Shown: positions 38,028 through 47,374, counted from the first letter of the stretch. The stretch: 64,000 nt of DNA from Chitinophagaceae bacterium (GCA_947474435.1 CANJII010000002.1:34202-98201); one strand, 5' to 3'. Notes: generated by a model not told the origin, from the letters alone. Translations and numbers: made by a program.

Positions 38028-38407
38028 CAGTCAGTAAGTTTTGCAAGTAGCTTTTCAGTAATTGAATTGACTTGCTTTTCATCTAATTCACTTATCATTT
38101 TAAATTCATTTACATATCCACCTAAGTGTTTCAAAAGCATGTCATAAGCCTTCAGCCTAATATAATCATTCTTACCCCTTACAGCTATCAGCCTGACTTC
38201 TTTTACAATTTGCTGAAGTGATATGTCAGCTGCTTTAGAAATGTCTTCTTGATGCTTTGTAATAGCCTGAATGATTTCAACATTCTTCAACAATCTTTGC
38301 CCCTGACTGTATGCTGTCTTTTCTGAATAGCCTGACTGTTTTGCTGATTCAGTTGCATTTCCTGACTTGATGTATTCACTTACAAAGATTTGATTTCTGT
38401 AATTCAT
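38027..38407 (-). CDS. Phage terminase small subunit (Terminase_2 type)
   Basis: 126 aa. The N-terminus QIFVSEYIKSGNATESAKQSGYSEKTAYSQGQRLLKNVEI matches the F..eY...gNat.Aa..AGYS.ktA..q...LL.n..v consensus of P27-type TerS. Confidence 0.8.
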   Translation of the reverse strand: MNYRNQIFVSEYIKSGNATESAKQSGYSEKTAYSQGQRLLKNVEIIQAITKHQEDISKAADISLQQIVKEVRLIAVRGKNDYIRLKAYDMLLKHLGGYVNEFKMISELDEKQVNSITEKLLAKLTD

Positions 38408-38450
38408 TTGGGGTAAGATTTGTTATCCTTTCCTTAGACAATAAAAGGGG

Positions 38451-39398
38451 TCAAGTAATTTCTTTGGCTGCCAGCATTTCAAAAATATCATATTGACTTA
38501 TTCCTTTTCCATCCAATTTTTTCAGGTTTGCTTTAATGTTTCTTGACCTTGCTTTCTTATCATTCCGGTTAAGAATTTCTTCAGGTATTGATTTCAACTT
38601 TTGCTTCAGTAATTCTTCAGGATTGAAGTCAAATAAAATTCCAAGTTCCTTCAATACAATCAAAGGAAGTGTTGATGAATTGATGTCAGCTTTCTTCTTT
38701 GGTAGTTGAATGATTCCTGTCTTCATAATGCTTTTGTAAGTAGTGATTAAATCTTCTTTGCAAATCTTCATGAATCCATCCTGAAGAATATCATCAACAT
38801 AAATATTTCTTTTCTTAAAATAGGCTTCAGGCTGCTTGTAGTGACTTTCTATTCTGATGTAATGTTTTGCTTTGTCGTATCCATATGAGTTGCTTAAATC
38901 AATTCTAATGGCTTCAGGAAGTGTTGATTTGATTCTGTGACCAGCATCATAAAGCTTTATTCTTTTAATGCTGTCTTCAAATCCTTTTCCGGTAAGTTTC
39001 TTTAGTTTGTAGAATGGCTGAAGTGGATTCTTATTTATGCTGATGTGATTTGATAAAAATTCCTGTGGATTGTGTTTAATATTTATCACAGTTCCAAATT
39101 CAAAAGCTTTGGCTTCAGCATTGAATAAATTTACATTAAGCAATTCAGAAGAATATTGAAGTCCATTAATCAAATCAATTTTTGAAGAATGGAAATTGTG
39201 TCCTTTTAAAAAGTAATGAAGATTTGCTTTCACTTTCATTTCATTAGTGCTTTCTTTTATCCAAACTTCCATCTTATTCATAGATTTCAAAACAAACTTT
39301 TCCCATCCTGAAGAATAACTTCCTTCATGTTCTAAGAAGTCATGACAAACATTATCTTTGTCAAGTCTTTTGGCTATGTCAATGAAGTCAAAGTTCAT
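38451..39398 (-). CDS. Possible replication initiator (gene II/X or Rep_trans-like)
   Basis: 315 aa. HYFLKGHNFHSS resembles the KFLQGHN motif of phage/plasmid gene II/X Rep proteins, and YIRIESHYK resembles the RxE strand of Rep_trans. This is a motif-level resemblance only. Confidence 0.4.
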   Translation of the reverse strand: MNFDFIDIAKRLDKDNVCHDFLEHEGSYSSGWEKFVLKSMNKMEVWIKESTNEMKVKANLHYFLKGHNFHSSKIDLINGLQYSSELLNVNLFNAEAKAFEFGTVINIKHNPQEFLSNHISINKNPLQPFYKLKKLTGKGFEDSIKRIKLYDAGHRIKSTLPEAIRIDLSNSYGYDKAKHYIRIESHYKQPEAYFKKRNIYVDDILQDGFMKICKEDLITTYKSIMKTGIIQLPKKKADINSSTLPLIVLKELGILFDFNPEELLKQKLKSIPEEILNRNDKKARSRNIKANLKKLDGKGISQYDIFEMLAAKEIT

Positions 39399-39425
39399 TT
39401 TAAAATCCCAAGCAGAAGCCAGCCA

Positions 39426-39887
39426 TCAGCTGGCTTTTTGCATTAAAAAAGATTGTAAATAATTACATACTGATTCCAGCAATTCAATCTTTGCAAGTCC
39501 TTTGAAATGATGAATTTGAAAGTCATGCTGGCAGCCATTAGCAGAATATAAAATCAGCAAATCATAGATTCTGAATCTTTCATCAATTTCACCCCATCCA
39601 ATAAATTGAGAATAATTTTTTACCGGAATAAGCTTTGTGTGAATCTTTCTTTCATTCATCAAATAGTAAAGACCAGGTTCATTGATTTTATATCTTCCAT
39701 CAATTTCTGAATAAGCTTTTCTGATTCCATCCTTACCGGAATATGGAATGAATGAAAGTCTTTCAGGAAGAAGTCCTTTGGTTCCATCCATCAAATAATA
39801 ACTTGACTTAGTTCCTTGCTTTAATTGGTAAGTAAGAATTTGATGTCTGCTTCTGATTGTGTCAATGTTAATTAAATCCCATCCCAT
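39426..39887 (-). CDS. Hypothetical protein (element)
   Basis: 153-aa ORF, 2 nt downstream of the HTH gene. No domain recognised. Confidence 0.55.
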   Translation of the reverse strand: MGWDLINIDTIRSRHQILTYQLKQGTKSSYYLMDGTKGLLPERLSFIPYSGKDGIRKAYSEIDGRYKINEPGLYYLMNERKIHTKLIPVKNYSQFIGWGEIDERFRIYDLLILYSANGCQHDFQIHHFKGLAKIELLESVCNYLQSFLMQKAS

Positions 39888-39889
39888 GA

Positions 39890-40195
39890 TTAAGCAGTTT
39901 TTTTGTTAGTGATATAATGCTTATCAAGGAAGGCTTCCAAGTCAATTCTTTTCACCCATATCTTAGAGCCAAACTGAATGAAAGGAATTTTTCTTTTGTC
40001 CCTGTAATTCTGCCAAGTCTTCAGGCTGATGTTTAACAGTTTCGGAATTTGTTTTGAATCAAGATATGATTCAGCAAAATTTTCTTCTTGCTTTTGGTCT
40101 AACCTTTCTAAGATTAGTTTCTGATCATTCAGAATTTGATTGACTGCTTCTTCAGGAAGCATAATCATGTTTACTTTAATTGCTTCAGTTTGCAT
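39890..40195 (-). CDS. Excisionase-family helix-turn-helix DNA-binding protein
   Basis: 101 aa. The C-terminal SKQIPKLLNISLKTWQNYRDKRKIPFIQFGSKIWVKRIDLEAFL fits the HTH_17/AlpA-Xis pattern. Confidence 0.7.
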   Translation of the reverse strand: MQTEAIKVNMIMLPEEAVNQILNDQKLILERLDQKQEENFAESYLDSKQIPKLLNISLKTWQNYRDKRKIPFIQFGSKIWVKRIDLEAFLDKHYITNKKTA

Positions 40196-40292
40196 CTGTA
40201 TTTATTTTTTACAGTTGCAAGAATATTTTTAATGAAGAAGCAGAATGGGAACTAACTAAGTGCTAATTTTTTTGATGTTAGTTCTAAAAAAT

Positions 40293-41123
40293 TCAATTGT
40301 TATTTCCTTTCAATATTTTCTTAATGGCTGATGATGTCCATTCAGAATTTGTTTTTTGTGTTTTTATTCCTGAACAGTTCAATAAAGCAGCAACTAATTC
40401 ATGTTTTTTATTTGAAGATTCATATTCATTTTTTATTTGAATATCTGTATTAATTATTTTATAAAGTTTGTGTACAGTTTCATTTAATACACTTGTTGAA
40501 TTAAGTTTTAGTGAATGATTTCTTTTTCCAAACTCTGATTTCCAATTTTCAATCCATTGTTTAATTTCAGAATCATTGCAAATGATTTTGACAATATGTT
40601 TTTTCATGAAGTCATTTGTGATTTCAACTGAACCTTTGCCGGTAAACTTTACTGAAGAAATATTTTCATCTGTGGCACATTCAATAAACTCATGAAGTTT
40701 CCTTAATTCTTTTAAAGTTTTCCTTCTGAAGTTTGAAGGAAATTTGTCCATCTTTTTTTCAACCAAATAATTGTTTTTAAACTTTACAAGTTCCTTCAGT
40801 ATTGTTTCTTTCAAATGTTTTGCTTTAGTATGAAATGACTTGATAGTTTCTGATAAGTCTGCTTCAATTTCCTTTCTTCTTTCAATCAATTCATCATTTT
40901 CTTTTCCATCCCATTTTTGAAATATATTTTTTGGAATGGCTGCCACCCTTTTTATTTCAGAATCAATTTTGTCTAAAATATATTTTTTATAAATTTCCTT
41001 TTGTTCATCATTTACTATGATGGCAGTTTGTCCAGCTGGCAGCTGTTCATTAAACTTCTGAAGGCTTGCTTCAATGTCAATTGCTTCATTCTTTACAGCT
41101 GGCAGCTTTGATTTCTTCTTCAT
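40293..41123 (-). CDS. Hypothetical protein (element)
   Basis: 276 aa, Lys/Glu-rich and probably helical. No P-loop and no recognised domain. Confidence 0.55.
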   Translation of the reverse strand: MKKKSKLPAVKNEAIDIEASLQKFNEQLPAGQTAIIVNDEQKEIYKKYILDKIDSEIKRVAAIPKNIFQKWDGKENDELIERRKEIEADLSETIKSFHTKAKHLKETILKELVKFKNNYLVEKKMDKFPSNFRRKTLKELRKLHEFIECATDENISSVKFTGKGSVEITNDFMKKHIVKIICNDSEIKQWIENWKSEFGKRNHSLKLNSTSVLNETVHKLYKIINTDIQIKNEYESSNKKHELVAALLNCSGIKTQKTNSEWTSSAIKKILKGNNN

Positions 41124-41136
41124 ACTCTTATAGTGA

Positions 41137-42375
41137 TTAAATACTTTCTAAAGCTTCTTCATGTACTTTGTCAGCTGTGATAGGGTCAAATCCTTTTAAG
41201 TAGTTTTCAGTTTGTCGGATGCTGGTATGTCCAAGTAAAGTTTTGATGTCATAAATTGATTTATCCTTTTGCCTAAGTATATCAGCAAATGAATGTCTGC
41301 TAATGTGAAATGAAATATTTGTTTCAATGGATAATAACTTTTGGATCTCCTTCAGATTTTTATTTATCACAGCATTTTTACTGTCAATCAAACTTCTTTT
41401 AGTATGCTTATCTATATTCCGGAATTTGTTATCAATGATTGGAAAGATATAATCTTCATTTTTTGCATCATCAGTTTTATAAAAATTCAAAATTGAAATA
41501 GCTTTCGGAATAAGTTTTACTGAATGTGTCCTTCCTGTTTTACCCATCTTAAAATCAAGTCTTCCTTCCTTGATGTTATTCCATTTGAGTTGCATAAAGT
41601 CAGCTATTCTTATTCCAGCACAATAGAAATCAAATAAGAAATAGTTTTTTGTGTGCCACAGAATAGAATATTCAGGAAGGATTAATTCTTCAATCTTTCT
41701 GATTTCATCAATGCTTAACTTTGTTTTGTTAGCCTTCATTGATTTTATTTTATAACCTTTGAATGGATTTTTTCCTTCATATAAATCTTCTTCCATTGCT
41801 TCATATAAAACACTTCTTATTTTTTTGAAGTGGTCAATCCTTGAATTTTCTTTTAAGCCTTCCTTCAATAAATAGTGTTCATAGTCCTTCAGGAATTTCA
41901 CATTTATTTCTTTGAATAATAAGTCAGTCACTTTGATTTCTTTCAGATACAATTTCAGCTTCTTCAGTTTTGCTTTTACATTTTTATAGTAGGAAGCAGA
42001 ATGTGAATCATAATATTTAGAAAGCCTGTCTTCATAGAATTTGATAAAACTTTCTGTGCTTTCTGTATTTCCTGTTTTGATAGCCTTTACAATATTTGAG
42101 GCTGATATGCTTTGATTATTTTTTTCAAACTGATTGTGAATTTCTTCAGCTTCAGAAATTTTTTCTTTCAGCAATTGATTCAGCTTCTGATATTTTGAAT
42201 TGCTTCTTCTTATCCATTTACCAAATTCAGCTTTTTTATTGAAGTCATTGTTGAAGACAAAGATTCCGGTGGAAAGTCTTTTGTGTCTTTTGTTTTGAGT
42301 AATTCTAAGAAGAATTAAATGTGTTTTGTCAAGTTTTGGCTTGCTGTTTAATTCCAGCTTGTAAGTAGTGTTCAT
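41137..42375 (-). CDS. Tyrosine-type site-specific integrase (Bacteroidota type with N-terminal arm-binding domain)
   Basis: 412 aa. Catalytic residues are recognisable in AGIRIAD (Arg), HISRHSFA (HxxR), LLGHTS (His) and TENYL (Tyr). It has the N-terminal LSTGIFV-type arm-binding domain. Confidence 0.9.
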   Translation of the reverse strand: MNTTYKLELNSKPKLDKTHLILLRITQNKRHKRLSTGIFVFNNDFNKKAEFGKWIRRSNSKYQKLNQLLKEKISEAEEIHNQFEKNNQSISASNIVKAIKTGNTESTESFIKFYEDRLSKYYDSHSASYYKNVKAKLKKLKLYLKEIKVTDLLFKEINVKFLKDYEHYLLKEGLKENSRIDHFKKIRSVLYEAMEEDLYEGKNPFKGYKIKSMKANKTKLSIDEIRKIEELILPEYSILWHTKNYFLFDFYCAGIRIADFMQLKWNNIKEGRLDFKMGKTGRTHSVKLIPKAISILNFYKTDDAKNEDYIFPIIDNKFRNIDKHTKRSLIDSKNAVINKNLKEIQKLLSIETNISFHISRHSFADILRQKDKSIYDIKTLLGHTSIRQTENYLKGFDPITADKVHEEALESI

Positions 42376-42406
42376 GATGTGTTATTTTAAAATCCACCAC
42401 AAACAT

Positions 42407-42434
42407 AAACTTTACTGAAACTTTACTGAAACTA
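42407..42434 (+). repeat. Tandem 11-bp TTTACTGAAAC repeats (right subterminal, upstream of int)
   Basis: AAAC-TTTACTGAAAC-TTTACTGAAAC-TA. It lies 32 bp upstream of the integrase start and 119 bp from attR. Confidence 0.5.
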
Positions 42435-42551
42435 TTTTTACATTCAGTTACTTTTAAATACTTTCAAAGGAAATCAATAGAATCAATATCTTTACAATGG
42501 AAATGATGATTTCAAGGAAGTTACCCAAGTAGCCAAAAGTATTGATTGTGT

Positions 42552-42567
42552 TCCTTGCAGGGTCACA
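42552..42567 (+). repeat. attR core (direct repeat)
   Basis: TCCTTGCAGGGTCACA, identical to the tRNA-Arg 3' end. No tRNA body lies upstream of it. Confidence 0.8.
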
Positions 42568-42576
42568 CAGTACAGT

Positions 42577-42612
42577 AAAGGGTTTCAGAGAATTGAAACC
42601 CTTTTTTCTTTT
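42577..42612 (+). terminator. Native tRNA-Arg terminator displaced by the insertion
   Basis: AAGGGTTTC (42578-42586) pairs with GAAACCCTT (42595-42603), followed by a T-run. Confidence 0.6.
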
Positions 42613-42755
42613 AAGAATTTCGTGGATAATAATTCCTGATTAACTGTTAAAAATTTTAATCAGCACCCTCAATATATAATATGCTTAATTAATAATTAAG
42701 TCATGCATTCAGCTCTTTCCCTAAACTGTTATTTTAGCCGCCGATACAAAACAAA

Positions 42756-45413
42756 ATGGAACTCGGCAAAACATATTCCCCTACTGAAGTTGAAACAAAG
42801 TGGTATGAGCAATGGATTGAAAATAAATTGTTCGAATCAAAACCCGACTCGCGTCCGCCATACACAATGGTCATTCCGCCTCCCAATGTAACAGGAGTGT
42901 TACACATGGGGCATCTGCTAAATAATTCGGTGCAGGATATTTTCATTCGTCGTGCACGGATGCAGGGTTTCAATGCAGTATGGGTTCCGGGTACCGACCA
43001 TGCTTCTATTGCTACCGAAGCAAAGGTTGTAAATTATTTAAAGGAACAAGGCATTGATAAAAAGAAACTGAGTCGCGAAGAGTTTTTGAAATATGCATGG
43101 GAGTGGAAAGAAAAATATGGCGGAATTATATTAAAGCAACTGCGCAAAATGGGTTGCTCATGTGATTGGAATCGCACCGCCTTCACCATGGATCCAAATT
43201 ATTACAAAGCAGTTATTCGTGTGTTCATTGAATTATATGAGAAGGGAAATATTTATCGCGGAGTGAAAATGATTAACTGGGACCCGAAAGCGAAAACTGC
43301 ATTGAGTGATGAAGAAGTGATTCATAAAGAAGTTCGCTCAAAACTTTACTATGTAAAATACAAGTTAGAAAATGCTGATGAATTTATCACTGTTGCCACT
43401 ACCCGACCTGAAACTATTTTAGGAGATACAGCCGTGTGCGTACATCCAAACGATTCAAGATATTCTCACCTGAAAGGAAAATTTTGTTTTGTTCCGCTCA
43501 TCAATCGCAGAGTCCCGATTATATATGACGACTACATTGATATTGAATTCGGAACCGGAGCTTTGAAAGTAACTCCTGCTCATGATTTAAACGATTACAA
43601 TCTCAGCATCAAGCATCATCTCGAAGTGATTGATGTATTGAATGATGATGGAACAATGAGCGCTGCCTCACAAATTTATATTGGTGAAGATCGCTTTGCT
43701 GTTCGAAAGAAAATTGCAATTGAATTAGAAGAAAAAGGTTTGCTGGCAAAGACCGAAGAGATAACCAACACCAATGGTTTCAGTGAACGAACAGATGCAG
43801 TAATTGAACCGCGCCTGTCCATGCAATGGTGGTGCAATATGACCGACATGGCAAAACCTGCATTGGAGAAAGTGATGAACGACGAAATAAAATTTCATCC
43901 GGCTAAATTCAAAAACACTTATCGTCACTGGATGGAAAACATCAAGGACTGGTGTATCAGTCGTCAGTTAATGTGGGGCCACCGCATTCCGGCATGGTAT
44001 GATTCGAAAGGAAATTTTGTTGTTGCAGAAACTGAAACCGAAGCAAGAAATCTTTATGCAGAGAAATTTCTTCAAACCAAAACTCTAAACTCAAAACCCG
44101 AAACTCAAAACCCGAAACCCGAAACTATTTCTCTCAAACAAGATGAAGATGTGCTCGACACATGGTTCAGCAGTTGGCTATGGCCATTCGAAGTTTTTAA
44201 CTGGAATGCCGAACCTGATAATGCCGAACTGAAATATTATTATCCTACAAAAACATTAGTAACTGCTCCTGAAATTATTTTCTTCTGGGTGGCTCGAATG
44301 ATAATGGCAGGATTGGAATTCAAAAGAGAAATTCCGTTTACCGATGTGTACTTCACTGGAATAGTTCGTGATAAACAAGGACGAAAAATGAGTAAGTCAT
44401 TGGGCAATTCACCTGACTTGCTTGATTTAATAGACCAGTATGGTGCAGATGCCTGTCGATTCGGAATTTTAATTTGTTCGCCTGCAGGAAATGATTTGTT
44501 GTATGATGAAAAATTAGTAGAGCAGGGAAGAAATTTCAACAACAAAATCTGGAATGCATTACGATTAATAAAAGGCTGGGAAATTGTTGAAGAAAAAAAC
44601 ACAGTAAACGATTATGCAATCAAATGGTTTGAAAACAAACTGATTCAATGCACCGAAGAAATTGAAAATCATTTTAAAGATTTCAATCCAACCGGCGCAC
44701 TTAAAGCATTATACAATTTAATATGGGATGATTTCTGTGCCTGGTACCTCGAAATGATAAAACCCGAATTCGGAAAACCGATTGACCGAAACACTTTTGA
44801 AAAAACCATTTTCTTCTATGAAGAATTAATGAAGTTGCTCCATCCGATACTTCCGTTCGTTACTGAAGAAATTTATCAGCACCTGAAAGAAAGAAAATCA
44901 GATGATTCCATTTGCATTGCATCATTTCCAACAATAAATAAATTCGATACAGAAATAATTGAACAGGGTGAAAGAGTGAAAGAAATTGTTTCGCATGTTC
45001 GCAACCAACGCAATCAGAATAACATTTCTCCGAAAGAAGCACTTGACTTATTTGTAATGGGAACTTCAGAAAATGGTTTTGCTGAAACTTCAATACTCAT
45101 TATCAAGTTGGCGAACCTGAAATCATTTGAACACACTGCAACTGAAATTGAAAGTTCAGTTTCATTCTTAGTAAAGCAGGATAGATTCTTTTTATTGCTG
45201 AATAAGAAAATTGATATCGAACAGGAAAAAATCAGATTAGAAAAAGACCTGCAACATCAACAAGGATTTTTAAACTCGGTGATGGTAAAACTCAGCAACG
45301 AAAAATTTGTTGCAAACGCAAAAGCAGAAGTATTGGAAAAGGAGAATCAAAAAAAAGCCGATGCCGAAAGCAAAATAAAATCACTGCACGAACAGCTTTC
45401 CAAATTGAATTAA
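42756..45413 (+). CDS. valS: Valine--tRNA ligase
   Basis: 885 aa with PPPNVTGVLHMGH (HIGH), KMSKS and a C-terminal coiled coil. Confidence 0.95.
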   Translation: MELGKTYSPTEVETKWYEQWIENKLFESKPDSRPPYTMVIPPPNVTGVLHMGHLLNNSVQDIFIRRARMQGFNAVWVPGTDHASIATEAKVVNYLKEQGIDKKKLSREEFLKYAWEWKEKYGGIILKQLRKMGCSCDWNRTAFTMDPNYYKAVIRVFIELYEKGNIYRGVKMINWDPKAKTALSDEEVIHKEVRSKLYYVKYKLENADEFITVATTRPETILGDTAVCVHPNDSRYSHLKGKFCFVPLINRRVPIIYDDYIDIEFGTGALKVTPAHDLNDYNLSIKHHLEVIDVLNDDGTMSAASQIYIGEDRFAVRKKIAIELEEKGLLAKTEEITNTNGFSERTDAVIEPRLSMQWWCNMTDMAKPALEKVMNDEIKFHPAKFKNTYRHWMENIKDWCISRQLMWGHRIPAWYDSKGNFVVAETETEARNLYAEKFLQTKTLNSKPETQNPKPETISLKQDEDVLDTWFSSWLWPFEVFNWNAEPDNAELKYYYPTKTLVTAPEIIFFWVARMIMAGLEFKREIPFTDVYFTGIVRDKQGRKMSKSLGNSPDLLDLIDQYGADACRFGILICSPAGNDLLYDEKLVEQGRNFNNKIWNALRLIKGWEIVEEKNTVNDYAIKWFENKLIQCTEEIENHFKDFNPTGALKALYNLIWDDFCAWYLEMIKPEFGKPIDRNTFEKTIFFYEELMKLLHPILPFVTEEIYQHLKERKSDDSICIASFPTINKFDTEIIEQGERVKEIVSHVRNQRNQNNISPKEALDLFVMGTSENGFAETSILIIKLANLKSFEHTATEIESSVSFLVKQDRFFLLLNKKIDIEQEKIRLEKDLQHQQGFLNSVMVKLSNEKFVANAKAEVLEKENQKKADAESKIKSLHEQLSKLN

Positions 45414-45415
45414 AC

Positions 45416-45934
45416 ATGCGGATAATTTTTCTTTCCTTAATCATCGCAGCAATCGCATTCACTTCAAATGCCCAACAGGTATTAATGCTTCAAAGAAAAA
45501 GCAACCCAAGAAATTTTTTAGTAGTACCAACTCCAAAGGAAGTGAAATTGAAAATGTGGAATGGAAATGTATTTAAAGGGCAACTGACTTCAATAGAGAA
45601 TAATGAATTTGTAATTGATGGCAGTGAATCTTTTTTATTTGATTCAGTTCAGTTTTTTTATTTCTATAATCCCAACACTTACAAATACCTGCTTGGAACT
45701 TATACCGGATTTTCCTTTTTAGGAAGCACAATGTTAACGCTCGCTATTGCAGCAAATGATCGTGCAATGATTGAATACGGTGAACTGATTCCTGCTTTGG
45801 TATTTATTGATGTGTTGTATTTCACAACCTCCTATCTTACATTAAACCTGAAACGAAAAGTAGATTTAAGAAGCTGGAATAAAATTGTAGTGGTTTCACC
45901 TGAAGGGAATAACATGCGCTATCACCTTGAATAA
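45416..45934 (+). CDS. Hypothetical membrane protein
   Basis: 172 aa with a signal peptide and C-terminal TM helices. It starts 2 nt after the valS stop. Confidence 0.5.
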   Translation: MRIIFLSLIIAAIAFTSNAQQVLMLQRKSNPRNFLVVPTPKEVKLKMWNGNVFKGQLTSIENNEFVIDGSESFLFDSVQFFYFYNPNTYKYLLGTYTGFSFLGSTMLTLAIAANDRAMIEYGELIPALVFIDVLYFTTSYLTLNLKRKVDLRSWNKIVVVSPEGNNMRYHLE

Positions 45935-46044
45935 TTTTATAAAAAACATTTTTCTTTTTCATATTTTTTAAAATTATTTACCAAGTATCAAAAATACTTT
46001 TACCTTAACCCTCCTAAATTCATAACCAAACCCAAATTTTTACT

Positions 46045-46230
46045 ATGAACCGTTTAGAAGAAATCAAAACTTTTCTTGCTGCTGCAGAAGAAGACTTTCG
46101 TAAATTTTATGAAAAATCAAACAATGCTGCCGGCACCAGAGCCCGTAAACACATGCAGGAATTAAAAAAACTGGCTAACACTATAAGAACCGAAATTCAA
46201 ACAATGAAGGAAGACCTTAAAAAGAAATAA
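46045..46230 (+). CDS. Histone H1-like small basic DNA-binding protein
   Basis: 61 aa. The AAEEDFRKFYEKSNNAAGTRARKHMQELKKLA pattern is the one I recall for the Bacteroidota 'histone H1' family. Confidence 0.7.
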   Translation: MNRLEEIKTFLAAAEEDFRKFYEKSNNAAGTRARKHMQELKKLANTIRTEIQTMKEDLKKK

Positions 46231-46249
46231 TTCATTCTTAAAAATTTTA

Positions 46250-46288
46250 AAAATCCTCTACGGTGCATGCTGCAGAGGATTTTTTTTA
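46250..46288 (+). terminator. Rho-independent terminator
   Basis: ATCCTCT pairs with AGAGGAT and is followed by T8. Confidence 0.7.
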
Positions 46289-46327
46289 GCTTTTTTTTCA
46301 ATCAAAACAATGTTCGTTATTTGACGC

Positions 46328-47374
46328 ATGAAACATTTTAAACTTTTAATGTTAATTTTTTTCGGAACTATATTTCAATCAACTGCTCAGCATTTTATTC
46401 CAGGTCATTTTTTTCATCCTGCATTTGAAAAAGGAAAATATGGTTATATAAACAGCACGGGCCAGTGGGTCATCAATCCGAAATTTGAATGGTGCGATTA
46501 TTTTTATGAAGGTAAAGCAATTGCAAAAGAGAAAGGGAAATATGGTTTTATTGATGTGAAAGGTGAATGGATTGTTAAACCAACATATGATACAGTTAAA
46601 CATTATTCTGAAGGGTTTGCCGCGGTAGCTGCCAAAAGCGAAGAGGGTAGATTATACTGGGAACTACTTGACACTACTGGAAGACAGCTGAATTTAAAAG
46701 TTCCGGCACTCTCAAATATCACATCAGTAAAAAACGGAAGAGCAATTGGTACAGAAGATGGTTTCATGAATTTTTATTTCTTCAATAAGAAAGGTGATAC
46801 CGCATTTTCTGCTCGTGGATTTTACCTGGATGAAAACAGAATTTCTGATTTTTCTGAAGGTTTGCTGCATGTGTATTTTGGTGAATACCGTTCAACTTTT
46901 ATTGATACATCAGGCAAAAACTGGGGGAAAGGCGATTATGATTTATGTGGAGATTTTCATGATGGTATGGCGTGGGTCCAAAGTGAATTAAAATACGGAT
47001 ACATAAATACATCAGGTAAACTAACTATTGCTTCACAATATGATAGCGTTGGAGATTTTTCAGAAGGAATTGCATTGGTAAAACTGAAAATGAAAATAGA
47101 ACCAAATGAAATGCAATTGAAAGACGGCGTGGCAGGTTATATTGATAAAGAAGGAAAAACCATCACCCCACCAATCTATACAGCCGGAACCGGTTTTAAT
47201 GATGGGTTGGCATTTGTAAAATACAAGGGCCTGTATGGCTTTATAGATACGGATGGCAAAGTGGTGATTGATTATCAATATGAAACCGGATTCAATTTTT
47301 TCAGGGGTTTAGCTTATGTAAAAAAAGATAACCATTGGGAATACATTAATACAAAGGGCAATAAAGTTTTTTAA
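46328..47374 (+). CDS. WG (KWG) repeat-containing protein
   Basis: 348 aa with a signal peptide and repeated kYGyId.tGk.vI.p.Yd....FseG.A units. Confidence 0.8.
   Translation: MKHFKLLMLIFFGTIFQSTAQHFIPGHFFHPAFEKGKYGYINSTGQWVINPKFEWCDYFYEGKAIAKEKGKYGFIDVKGEWIVKPTYDTVKHYSEGFAAVAAKSEEGRLYWELLDTTGRQLNLKVPALSNITSVKNGRAIGTEDGFMNFYFFNKKGDTAFSARGFYLDENRISDFSEGLLHVYFGEYRSTFIDTSGKNWGKGDYDLCGDFHDGMAWVQSELKYGYINTSGKLTIASQYDSVGDFSEGIALVKLKMKIEPNEMQLKDGVAGYIDKEGKTITPPIYTAGTGFNDGLAFVKYKGLYGFIDTDGKVVIDYQYETGFNFFRGLAYVKKDNHWEYINTKGNKVF

Larger units (their letters stand above)
35001..42567. mobile_element. Integrated element at the tRNA-Arg 3' end (candidate phage satellite / PICI-like island), about 7.55 kb
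   Basis: An exact 16-bp direct repeat, TCCTTGCAGGGTCACA, occurs at 35001-35016 (tRNA 3' end) and 42552-42567. A tyrosine integrase lies next to the distal repeat. All 11 enclosed ORFs are on the minus strand and include Xis-like HTH, Rep-like and TerS genes. Confidence 0.75.

Noticed and set aside
35001-42567. Interpretation of the island as an integrated ssDNA phage (inovirus or microvirus), prompted by the gene II/X-like Rep and the uniform gene orientation.
   Set aside because: None of the 11 proteins has a Zot/pI-type P-loop ATPase, and there is no large capsid (VP1-like) gene. The small terminase is a hallmark of dsDNA tailed-phage packaging.
42703-42973. Two short ORFs (62 aa on plus, 79 aa on minus) around the valS start.
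   Set aside because: They overlap the strongly supported valS reading frame and its leader, and they have no domain features.
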